DNA from: Haliotis cracherodii
Taxonomy: Eukaryota
NCBI RefSeq assembly: GCF_022045235.1
Contig: NW_027266264.1
Coordinates: 66,526,001 to 66,590,000 of the forward strand
Reading direction: 5' to 3'
DNA length: 64,000 bases
Position 1 is the first letter of the stretch, and each line of letters begins with the position of its first letter. A program made the position numbers and the translations under genes. Of the stretch, positions 36,501 to 48,000 are shown one piece after another. Below the pieces are notes generated by a model, which ran no database searches, was not told the origin of the DNA, and saw only the letters and a program-made list of their open reading frames with translations.

Positions 36501-39078
36501 GGCTGCAGCAACCGTGGAAAAGTCAACATATATGGATGACAATATGGATTCTGTTGACACAAATAGCAAAGCTATAGAGCTTTACAAACAGCTGCAACAG
36601 CTCTGGAGTACAGCAGGTATGCATGCTCGTAAGTGGGTTTCCAATTCCGTGCAAGTTCTCCAAGAAATACCAGAAGAGGATAGATTCAAATGAGTGAATT
36701 GCCATCTGTAAAAGCACTGGGCTTACTGTGGAATGCAGAATCAGATGAGTTTAGATTTTCTTTCATGTCCTTAAAGCAGGATATCAAGATGACTAAGAGG
36801 AATTTCTTGAAAGAAACTGCTAAGCTGTTTGATCCTCTTGGGTTCTTAGGTCCATTCATTATTAGGGCAAGGGTTCTTCTGCAAGAAATGTGGATATCTG
36901 GTGTTAACTGGGATGAAACCCTCAGTCCAGATCTGGAACAAAAAGCATGGTCATGGTACCTTGAAATCGAAAAGTTGTGTTCTGTTAAAATTCCAAGGGG
37001 GCTTGAGGTTAGCTTAGATACTTCAAAGATGAAGTTGCACACATTTGTAGATGCTTGAGGCAGCATTTGGAGCGGTGGTATATTTAGTAACCACTCGTGA
37101 AGATGACACAAAGTCGAGTTATCTAGTTGCTTCCAAGTGCCATGTTGCTCCCCTCAAGGCAGTTAGTATGCCTCGATTGGAGCTGCTTGCGGCAGTTCTG
37201 GGTGTACGACTGTTACTGGCTATAACAAAGGCATTAGAATTACCTTTGCAGCGTGCAACGCTATGGTCGGACAGCCAGAACGTACTGTGGTGGATCAAAA
37301 GACAGAGTCGATGTTTTAAGCCATTTGTAGCAAATAGGATTGGATACATACAGGAGCATACAAACATCAGTCAGTGGAAATACGTACCATCCAAACTGAA
37401 TGCTGCAGACATTCTTAGTAGAGGTGTAGACGCTGAAGCACTTTTGACAGAGAAATGGCTGAATGGACCTGAATTTATGACACATGATGAAACTGAATGG
37501 CCGAAGCAAACCATTCTCATGGACAATACTGAGACATCAGAACTGAAGAAGCCTTCTTCTCAAGTAAACATCGCCATGTTTACTAAGTCTGATCCAATCT
37601 CTTGGAGATTAGCGCCAGCTAGATTTTCTAGTTGGAAGAGATTGTGTAGAGTGTCGGCATGGATCTTTAGATTTCTGAACAACGCTAGGGTTCCATATTC
37701 ACTTAGGAAAAAGGGTGAACTTGATCCTGAAGAAATTGAGGACGCCGAAACTACAATTATGGTCAGGACTCAAAGAGAAGAATTTTCTGATGACTACTCG
37801 TCACTGATGAGGAAATCAAACTTGCCTTCAAACAGCAAGTTGTTTGGCTTACAGCCTTACGTTGATAAAAATGGGTTGATGAGGACAGGAGGGAGACTCA
37901 GATTTGCTGACGTATTGTCATTCAGTGCCAGATTTCCAATTATACTCCCTAGACATAGTTGGGTCACCAAACTGATTGTCAAGTTTTACCATGAGCAGGT
38001 CAATCACACAGGTACGAACAGTACGTTATCAGCAGTTTCATCTAGGTTTTGGATTATTTCAGCTAGAGAGGAAATCCGTCAGTGGGAAAGAGAATGTTCT
38101 TGGTGTAGACGACAAAAAGTCAAACCAGCGCATCAGATAATGGCAGACCTACCGAAGATCAGAGTGAGGTGTACAATGAAAGCATTTGTGACAACAGGTG
38201 TGGACTATGCAGGTCCCTTTTTCACTGTACAGGGTCGAGGCAAGAGTCGACAGAAACGTTATCTCTGCCTTTTCACATGTTTGTCAACCCGAGCGGTTCA
38301 TTTAGAAATGGCATTTGGTTTAGACACGGATTCCTTTCTGAATGCCCTGTTTCGTATGGCTCACAGACGAGGTATGCCAAAGGAGGTAATCTCGGATAAT
38401 GGAACCAACTTTGTTGGTGCTGCAAAGGAGCTGAAGCAGCTCATTTCTGGACTAAACTCTGATGTGATTAAGTCAACCTTGGCAAACAAAAGTGTGAAGT
38501 GGTTGTTTAATCCTCCACACGCACCATATTTTGGAGGTGTTTTCGAGTCTTTAGTGAAGTCAGCAAAACGGGCTATCTATGCTATACTGAGTTCAGGTGA
38601 CGTCAGTGATGAAGAGCTGATGACAGCCTTTACAGGAGCTGAAGCTCTTCTGAATTCTAGGCCTTTGACCTATCAAAGTGCACATCCACAGGATGATGTG
38701 CCTCTTACGCCCAACCATTTCCTACATGGTCAGGTGGGTGGAGATTTCGCACCAGAGTTAGACTCTACCTCGTTCAGCCCAAAGAAGCGATGGAGGAGAG
38801 TTCAAGAACTCATCAGACATGTGTGGGAACGATGGATGAGGGAGTGGCTCCCGACTCTCAACATTAGAAAGAAATGGTTTACACCATCCAGAGACATACA
38901 GGTTGATGACGTTGTCATTGTGGTATCTCCAGATACTCCTCGTGGAGTTTGGCCTCTTGGCAGAGTTCTCAAAACGTATCCTGGAAAGGATGATCACGTG
39001 CGCGTGCTTGATGTTCAAGTTGGCAAAACAGTCTTGAAAAGACCTATCACGAAGGTCTGCCCTCTTGAATGGAGTTGA
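33532..39078 (+). pseudogene. BEL/Pao gag-pol polyprotein broken by two frameshifts
   Basis: ORFs 33532-36693, 36690-37058 and 37051-39078. Contains DUF1759-like gag, three Cys/His knuckles, protease ALLDDAS, RT YLPHFPV…RIVFDAS…YMDD, RNase H LHTFVDA(S)E…PRLEL, integrase H-H-C-C, VDYAGP, SDNGTNF, GGVFESLVKS and a C-terminal WPLGRV motif. Confidence 0.92.
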
Positions 39079-39203
39079 GTTCTGAAATCGTCAAATTGGA
39101 TAACAGCAACAAATGTACATACTCATAGATTCAGTTTCCTTTCAGTTTCTTCTAAGTTTAGTCGGTTTTCATGATAGACATGGATCTATCATGGAGGGGG
39201 GCA

Positions 39204-39809
39204 TGTTCTGAAGACATGTCTGTTCATTAAAAATGTGCTCCAAAACGCACACGGAGCCTATAGATCGCGCTTCACGTGCACTCGTGTTAGATTAAAATAA
39301 AGAATATGTTCTTCAAAACACACCCGATGCATAACGATCGCATCGCCTGAACACACCAACGTATGGCTGTGACTGCACGTGAAATGTGAGGATGTGAGCA
39401 AATATAAGGCGGTAGCGCGCATCAGTTAGTTAGTTGGTCATAGTTCGCTAGAGAGCTGGTTAGAGTTCGCTAGATGGTTAGTTAGATGGTTAGATGGTTA
39501 GACAGTTGGCCAGAGTTCGTTAGAGAGTTCGTTTGTTAGACATGGCGTTAGACAGTGTTAGACAGTGTTAAGACTCCCTTAGGAGTAACTGTTAGAATTA
39601 GCATTTAGTTTCTTTCATTTGAGGTTGATTCATCTTTCCTTCATATAATAACAGGTAATCACGTTTAGTTCCTCATAGATCTTCATAGTTTTATAACAGG
39701 TTATCACGTTTAGTTCCTGGATACCACAAAAAAGGTAAGTCATACAAATTTTACATTAGTTTTCATTTAAGTTAAACCACGCTCAAATATTCAGTTCCAC
39801 TGCGCAACA
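39204..39809 (+). repeat. BEL/Pao 3' LTR (606 bp)
   Basis: Direct repeat of 32829-33442, preceded by the GGAGGGGGG polypurine tract. Confidence 0.95.
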
Positions 39810-40087
39810 GGTATATTTGTAAAATCTAAATAATTTTTACATTTGTATACTTATCCTGCATTACTCCGTATTGCATTTACTGCTGTCTTTGACAGAGAGA
39901 CGAACTGTGTGAGATCCAGCTGCTGAAGGAAAGTTGTTTCCATCTGTCAAGGAAGCAGCGCCCGCTCCCACACAGTCGGCACGTGACCCGGAAGACATGA
40001 CGTCATGTCAAAACACATAACTGCTTTAACAAAACATCGGAAACTTCGTGGGGAGGTAGCGGAGCGCAGGGGGGGAACTTACACTTC

Positions 40088-40173
40088 GTAATGCAGGATA
40101 AGTATTCAAATGTAAAAAATATTTAGATTTTACTTAAAAAATTTAACTTATCCTGCATTACTCCGTATTGCAT
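40088..40173 (-). other. DIRS internal complementary region (ICR)
   Basis: First half is the reverse complement of about 39819-39864 (3' terminus). Second half is the reverse complement of about 44454-44484 (5' terminus). Confidence 0.9.
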
Positions 40174-40329
40174 CTTTATCAGACGGCACGGCCGGTGGGC
40201 ATACCTTCAGATGTAAGCCAGAAGAAAACCCTCGACAAAGGTCCGATGAAACCGCACCGCATGGACAAGAGATGACCGGAACACCAGCGACCATTCCTGT
40301 CGAAGGAAACGAGAGTTGATGCAAAAGAG

Positions 40330-41182
40330 GGAACTCGAAATAGGTGACAGAAATAGTATGAGGCGGGAAAGCCAAAACTAGAACTGACCTAAAAGCGAAT
40401 GCGGAATGCCCTCTACTCTGGGGTGATAAACACCAGAGAGTTCGATGGGCCCCGCTCAGGGTAACGGAGAATCAGTGGCAGCGGGGGTTGGTGACCTGTT
40501 GAGGGAAAGGCTTTTCCTAGACTTGCGGCAGGCTTAAGACCGTCGCAGGAAAACCTTCAGGGCCCTAAAGGGGCATAATAAAAGCTCCTCCACGTCGTTG
40601 GCACCCACAATCGACGAAAGTGGAGGGATGGTGAAGGATCTATCAGGCTGTCCTGGGAGTTGATTCTTTGCCATGAAGTCCCAGCACAGCCCAAGATGAA
40701 CTGCGCCATGAGTCCCGCGTTCAAACCGGACATGAGAGACGTCGAGGGCGTGGAGCTCACTAACCCGGGCGGCAGTAGCCAAGGCCAGCAGAAACACTGT
40801 CTTCTTCGTTAAGTCGTAAAAGGAAGACGCGTGGAGTAGTCCGAAGGGAGCCTCCTGCAGAGCCTTTAAGACCACATTCCGATCCCATGCAGGCGGTCTG
40901 AACTTGGCTTTCTGGTCTACAAGACGAAACAAGCGGTCGTCCGTGATGGCAAGAACGGAGTTAATGGCGACCAAGTACGCGGGGATGGTAGAGCCTTTTA
41001 ATCGATGTGTACTGCGCAAGTACAGAAGAAACTCAGCCAGGAACTGCGGTGACGCCGTCATCAGATCCTGGTGCTTGTCAGAGCAGAATGCCTGGAATGA
41101 GGACCATTTATCATATAGTCCCCGTGTAGATGGACGATGGGCTAAAGCAATAGCCGTGGCCACTCTAGTCGAATAGCCCTTG
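40330..41182 (-). pseudogene. DIRS tyrosine recombinase remnant
   Basis: RPSTRGLY…W, LTKKTVFLLALATAARVSELHAL (catalytic Arg box), MAKNQ and LLCPFRALK. The C-terminal HxxR/Y region is degraded. Confidence 0.85.
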
Positions 41183-42760
41183 GCGTCGACTGCTACAGCG
41201 GCCAGATCCGGAACCGGCGAGATGTAAGTCGGCAGCTGGCAATTCTGAGACGTTGCGAACAGATTGATGTTTGGAGTGTCGATCGTTTGACAAAGGACGG
41301 TGAAGACCTCTGGGTGGAGTCGCCATTTGGTGGGAGCCACCTTGTCCGGCCTGGACAGAGCGTCTACCAGAACATTCTTGCAACCTGGAATGTGCTGACA
41401 AGGAATTGCAGGTCTAAGCGGTCCACCAGGTCGAAGAATCGGAAGGTCTGGTTGAGCAGGGACTGAGAGTGGAGAGTACCCTGATTCCTCAGACACCACA
41501 CCATGGTGATGTTGTCCATGGAGATGGTCAACTGGGTGTGACGAAGAATGCTCTGCCAGTGGGAGACGGCCAGGATGAGAGCTTCGAGTTTGAGGTTGTT
41601 GCTGTGCTAGTGGAGTCGATCTCCGGACCACAGCCCTGCAACTGTTTGAGTCCCCAGATGAGCCCCCCAACCCTGTTTGGATGCTTCGACGAACAGGTGG
41701 AGGGAGGGCTGTAGCGCGGTCAAGGAGGCGCCGCCGCAGACGTTCGATTCCACCGTCCACCATCGGAGAAAGGGGTGGAGGTGAACCGGGAGGACGATGG
41801 GGGACTCCGGATCCTGCTGCCGGATGAAGGGAGCGAGAAACCGTTGAATTGGACGGAGTTGACTCGACCTCTGGCAGTCAGGTCTTGAGCCGATGTGAGG
41901 AGGCCAAAGAGAACCTGCTATTGGCGGAGAGTTCGAGCCTGCTGGAGGGCAGGGAAGAGGTGAGCGAGGATTTTCAACCACCTGTCCCTGGGGACCTGAA
42001 GGAGGTCCTGATCCGTGAGAAACAGGCCCCTGATAAACTGCAGACGGAACGATGGGGTCAGTCAAGACTTTGTCTGATTGACGATCCATCCCAACTGATT
42101 GAAGAGCCGCAGGGTAAAATCCCTGTGGCGCAGTAGCAACGTCGAGTCCCAATTGTTGAGGAGACAATCGTCGATGTATGGATCGAAGTTGATGTTCCTC
42201 AGGTGTAGGTAGGCGGCGACCGGCTTGGTGATCCGTGTGAAAAGCCACGGGGCCGTGGATATTCCAAATGGTAGGACCGCCCACTGGTAATGGCTACCAT
42301 TGAAAATGAATCTGAGGAAGCGCCAGTTGTTGGGGTGGATGGGTACATGAAGATAGGCGTCCTGGATGTCGAGACTGATCAGGGAATCGCCTGCTGTGAT
42401 TCTCGTCCTGAGCAGTCGCAACGTCGTCATTCGGAAGAAGGGAGGACGTTCCAGGTAGCGCCGGTTGAAAATGGAGAGATTGTGTATCATACGTCAGCTG
42501 GTGGTTCCCTTCTTGGGAACCAGAAACACCAGGGAGTAAAGTCCTGGGTTCCGAGCCGGGTCGTGCACGATATCTATGGCCTCCTTCCGCAATAGGGAGT
42601 CGATGCTGCCGAAGTTGGTGTGGCGAATGAGCGGCTGTTGTCGGAGTGGACATCAAGGGAGGAAGTGCAGCCAATGGGAGCTGGTACCCCTGACGGAGGA
42701 CGTTTGTGACGAATGGGTCCTCCAGTATAGACCAGTTTCTCAAAACCGGCCTAGTCTCCC
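41183..42760 (-). pseudogene. DIRS RT / RNase H / start of methyltransferase-like domain, frameshifted
   Basis: LDIQDAYLHVPI, LPFGISTAPWLFTR, YIDD, LGWIVNQTKS, LFVEASKQGWGA, HIPGCKNVLVDALSR and NLFATSQN are spread over several frames. Confidence 0.88.
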
Positions 42761-42826
42761 AACCACAGGTGAGTCGGTGACCGGAACGGCTGGGGGTGGG
42801 AGGTCCCAGTCGTGAGGTCCCACCGG

Positions 42827-43937
42827 TCATTGCTTGGAGGTGGAATCGGCACCCTTGCCGGGGCGATGATCCCTTCGAGCCTGGTAGGTGCAACGGGATT
42901 TACCACGACCACGCCCTGTCTGGCCACGAAAGAGCGAGGTATGTTTGGAGACGACCTTGAGAGAGAAATGGTGCGGTTTGTAGTTCCCTTTGGAGGACTT
43001 GACCGCTGATTGGTGCGTGACATGCTCCAAGGCTCTGAGAGCAGTTTCATTCCTTGTGAAGCTGGAGACTCGGGCGTGGGTAGCGGAGATGGCGCCATTT
43101 AAAAGGGTGGGACCCGACCAAGGTTGTCGTTGTAAGGAATGCTTGAATTCGTAATCCCAGTCCGTGGAAGTCAAGTAACCCAACCGTCGAGTAGCGGTGA
43201 TCTCCGCAAGAGCGGCTCTCAGATGATTGCGCAAATGATCAATCTGGCGAAGTTGAAATGTCATAACAGTGCGAAGGTGGTCGATCCTGTTAGGATTGGA
43301 CTCTGAGAGATCCTGGTCAATGGCTCTGGCAGAAGAGGCAAGTGTAGATAGAGGCTTCAAAGAACGCCTCAGTTCCGTTTCCATGAAAGCGAGTCGGGAG
43401 TCCGGCATACGTATGGTGGCAGACTGGGAAGACCCGGTCATTCGATGTAAGTCCTCGTCAAGGATGTGCGCACCGTCGGTCACGTCGAAGGAGTGGACAG
43501 GGAAACATCACGCCGGAAACAAGGAGCCTTGAACGACGGCGTGAGGGACAACTTAGCGTCTATGTACGGGTGAGTGACTACAAGAGCGACGACGGGGTCG
43601 AGCTGACTTGGACGAGTGCCGAGAAGCATTTGGAGGCGACGAGGTGTACGATGAACGAGACCGATGAGCACCCGAAGTAGAGGGGGCTGCAGGAATCGAA
43701 GTATCTGTAGTCAGGTCCGTCAGTGGCGCCGGCGTTGCAGGAGGCACAGTCGGCACCGCTGAAGAGGGAGTAGCTTGCGCAAACAGTGACTGCATCCAAG
43801 CTTGCATCCAAGATGGATCCATAAAAGATAACGGGAGGGCATTGTCCATACGTAGGAAGCGCCGCACAAGTCAAAGGCGCCGAAGTAGTCAGAGGCGCGG
43901 GAGACATCAGAGGCGCCGGATACATCAGAGGCGCCAA
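42827..43937 (-). pseudogene. DIRS ORF1 (gag-like), frameshifted
   Basis: Pro/Ala-rich fragments 43553-43937 and a helical 218-aa ORF 42827-43483 ending in a basic RGQTGRGRGKS segment, directly upstream of RT. Confidence 0.65.
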
Positions 43938-45069
43938 TTACGCTTCAAACACGCCAAATACAAACATTAAATTTAATGTAAAACACCAACCACAGAGCGA
44001 ATTCCAAACACGAAACACGAAAATACATGGAAATGTGGTGAATCGCAAAAGGGCGGGAAAACCAAAATAGTGGGAAACAACAATACGCTCGGAAATACCG
44101 TGACGAGAGCCACAACACGAGCGAGAAATGTTACCAATTAACAATAGAATAAAGTCAAAGGTAACAAACCAAATACAATAAATAACACAGCAGACTTTAG
44201 TCGTAGTAAACGTAGTCAGGATCAGATAGTCGTAGTCAGGATCAGATAAGGCTTTAATAATTCCACGAGGGATACAGTATACGTCCGATCCATGTGGTTG
44301 ACAAAGCAGTTATGTGTTATGACATGACGTCATGTTTTCCGGGTCACATGCCAACTGTGTGGGAGGGGGCGCTGCTTCCTGGACAGATGGAAACAACTTT
44401 TCTTCAGCAGCTGGATCTCACACAGTTCGTCTCTCTGTCAAAGACAGCAGTAAATGCAATACGGAGTAATGCAGGATAAGTTAAAAAAATTATAATTTCC
44501 ATTCCTGTTGGTTACATGATGAATTTAAAACATGATGTTTATAACCTGAAGGTAGCATGCATGAAATGTACAGTATCATGTTATCTTGAACAATGTGGAG
44601 GGTTTTAACCTGATGAACACACCATATTCTATACAGAAAAGTATCACTTTTATTCATAACTTTACAGACATGGCACCAGTTGATCAATACTTAATACAAA
44701 GTACTCTCAAGAGGTAATATAACACTTCCAACAAGAAACTGCCAAAATATTGATAGCATTGAATCAACATGTTCCTCTGACCGCATCGGTATCGATACAG
44801 TGCATCCTGTTATCTTGATGCGTTGCTTAACATGAAGTAACTTGGTCCCAGAAGTCTTCGTTTATTATATGGTCTAGCATAAACACTGCTTGTCTGGAAC
44901 TACTGATAACTTGAGATACCTGGGGCTGAATGTACTTTTAGCATTTCCTAGAGTAACTGAAATATTACTGCATTGTGTAGTTCTACAGGGGACATTCAAC
45001 TGAAGTTACTGAAGTGGTCAGCAGGCAAGTTATAAGTGGCACAGATCATTTTCTGATGAAAACTTATGT

Positions 45070-48000
45070 TCATCCATTACTGATCTCTCTTTGTAGACTT
45101 GCTACCACACTATCCACAGTCACATCTCCAGAAATCACCACTGTCTTGTTTCTTGACTTTGAACCCTGTGAAACAAACATGATATAATATTGCGATAATG
45201 TTCAAAGTTCAACATGATTGCAGAATCCTTGTTACAAGAACATATCATCCTATCACAATTTGTAATACCAAAGTACTTTCTGAACAAAATAAGACTTTCA
45301 TTTGATAATGAGTCTTGAAAAATCTCTTCTGGAGGATGGCTGATGTTCTTTATTGCAAAAATTGTACACCAGGACACGAGAAAGACTTTATTAATAGACA
45401 TGTTAGAAGCTGTCCTACTACCCCAAGCAAACAATTCAGTAGCAGGAATTACTACATTTTTTTTACCTACTGATGGAAAGAGAAAGGTGAGGTCAGGTGA
45501 AATGGGGTTTAACGTCGCGTCCAAGATTATTGCACTTATATAACGACGTGCATGTACGTATGTGTGTTTGTGTGGCTGCTTGTACTTGTCCGGACTGATG
45601 CCGATTTATAGTGCTAGCTCACTGAGATACCATACCGCAGTTTAACATGAATACCCCATTCAGACACAGTATACTGACTCCGAGCCGACCAGTCCTTGTT
45701 TTAGCCCCTTAATGCCGAGCGCCAGACAGGGTAACAACAAGTACCATCTTTTAACGTCTTTTGGTATGACGCGGTCGGGGATCAAACCCCGGACTTTCCG
45801 CTCTCCGGGCGGACGCTCTACCACTAGACCACGGAGGCTGTTGGAAAGAGAAAGGAGACCAATTAAATTCATAGACTGTGTTATGCTGTGAACACGTGTA
45901 TCATGTAGATACATTTTGTGGAAGCATTATCAGTGCAGATAAGTAACATTAATCAAGTATTTTAGAATATATCATAATAAGCATGATAAGGACAGGATGT
46001 TTTGACACAGATGCTGCTTTATGACCAACCACCCCTTCACCTACCCTGTCAAGGCTGACATCAGATTTACGAACTCCAAGCACTTTGGCCATATATTTGA
46101 CCAGTTCTATATTAGCTTCACCTTCCACTGGGGGAGCTGCTATCTGCACACCAACACCTTCAGGGCTGATGTCTGCAATGGAAATCACAACAAAACTTGC
46201 AGTCAGTCTTAAAACAAGACTAGAGAGAGGCTATGAAGCTCACCATGACCACGAAATCCTTGCAGATTCCACACATCACAATGACCCGTGAAGATCCGGG
46301 TCAGAATAGGTCTTCAGCAACCCATGCTTGCCATAAAAGACGACTATGCTTGTTGTAAGAGGCGACTAACAGGATCGGGTGGTCAGGCTCACTGACTTGG
46401 TTGATGCATGTCATCATATGGATTGATGCTCATGATGTCAATCAATGGGATGTCTGGTCCAGACTATTATTTACAGACCGCTGTCATATAGTATAGAATA
46501 TTGACGAGTACCAAGGCAGCGAGCCTGACCACTTGATCCCGTTAGTCGCCTCTTACGACAAGCATAGTTGCCTTTTACGGCAGTGAACCTGAAAATCTGG
46601 TGTCCTCTTATGACAAGCATAGGTTGCTGAAGACCAAATCTAACCCAGATCTTTATAGGGGAGAGCACTTAGTGATGTGGAGTATGGTAACACTAGCCCC
46701 AGTAGTTATCAGGCTGGGTTATCGCAAAACTTAGGAAACATTACTTTTTGCACATTGATACAGAAATAACACACGACTCTACACATGGGTAGGAGTCTTG
46801 TATCATAAGGGGTAAATTATGATGCATTGATGAATCTTACATCCATGTAACACGAGCAACAACACTGGACTGTCCTAAACAAACACGGATAAGAATACTT
46901 CCCTTCAACTGTTATCATAGCTTTAAGTGGAGGAACCACCTACACATGCTCACCTGTGACACCATTGAATTTGGCTCCTGGTTTCGCTAGCACTCTGACA
47001 GTGACATTGTTGCTTTTACTGCTCAAACTAACAGCTCCACGGTCTTCTGTGGGAATCTAGGATGTCACAAAAATTGAATGGTGGTGCAGACATTTATCTA
47101 GAATTTCAAAATATGGATACTCTATCTGGTGCAAATTTGGGGAAATAATCACTATTTTGTTCAAAATTGAAATTTCTTTTTAATTTCTTCCTTTCTGAAA
47201 CTCATACTAGTCATAGTGTTTTAACATAGTTTTCAATGCAATGACCATCTTCCCGAGGCAAGGGAATTAACTGACTTCAAAGTTCAGCTTCCACCCTTTC
47301 TGAAATAGGCTGGAATTTCTAGGCTCGATTGTAACGCCACCAGTAGCTATTATAAGTTATGTCCCTTCTATGTCGCTCTTATTGACCAATCAGATTCAAC
47401 CTCTCATATCACTTGCATTTCCTTCTAACAAAATGGCAGCCATTAATCAAAATCTATAATGTAATAAAACGGGTCTTACCCCGCAAAGTGCATCAAATCA
47501 CTTGAGCACCTTGATTAAAAACATGAAAAGAATTGCAAAATATCTGTCAATGTCAGAATAGACGGTACACTTGCTTTGAAAATCCTGCAGTCTACCGAAA
47601 TTTGCACGTTGAAATCCATGTTTTTGAACCGGATATCTAGTTCATTACGCAATTCTGATTAGAGTGAGTGAGTATGGATTTACGCCGCTTTTAGCAATAT
47701 CACGGCAAGGGACACCAGAAATGGGCTTCACACATTGTACCCATGTTGGGAATCGAACCCGGGTCTTCTGCATGACGAGCGAATGCTTTAACCACTAGGC
47801 TACCTGACCGTCCCAAATTCTGATTAGACTATGCATAGACTCATAAGTCCAGCCAAAATGTAACTCCGGAATTCCAGCCTTGTTTTGCAAGGGTGGAAAC
47901 TGGACTTTTATAGTCAGTTAACACCCTTGCCTCGGGAAGACGTGACATAAATTCAAGATCAATATACCATTACTGGCCCTGTTATCAGTGAAATACAAGC

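Larger units (their letters stand above)
32829..39809 (+). mobile_element. Full-length BEL/Pao LTR retrotransposon
   Basis: TG…CA LTRs at 32829-33442 and 39204-39809. GGTAT TSD at 32824-32828 and 39810-39814. PBS at 33445-33463, PPT at 39193-39201. Domain order is gag-PR-RT-RH-IN. Confidence 0.97.
39819..44488 (-). mobile_element. DIRS1-type tyrosine-recombinase retrotransposon (decayed)
   Basis: 179-bp inverted terminal repeats at 39849-40027 and 44303-44481 (about 7 mismatches). 3' extension at 39819-39848. Internal complementary region at 40088-40173. Gag-like, RT, RNase H and recombinase remnants. No TSD. Confidence 0.93.

Noticed and set aside
36686-36695. Programmed ribosomal frameshift in BEL pol
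   Set aside because: No slippery heptamer, wrong position, and residues appear to be missing, so it looks like a deletion.
40557-43532. Many plus-strand and alternative-frame ORFs inside DIRS, and antisense ORFs inside BEL
   Set aside because: Expected shadows of GC-rich or long coding sequence; no independent motifs.
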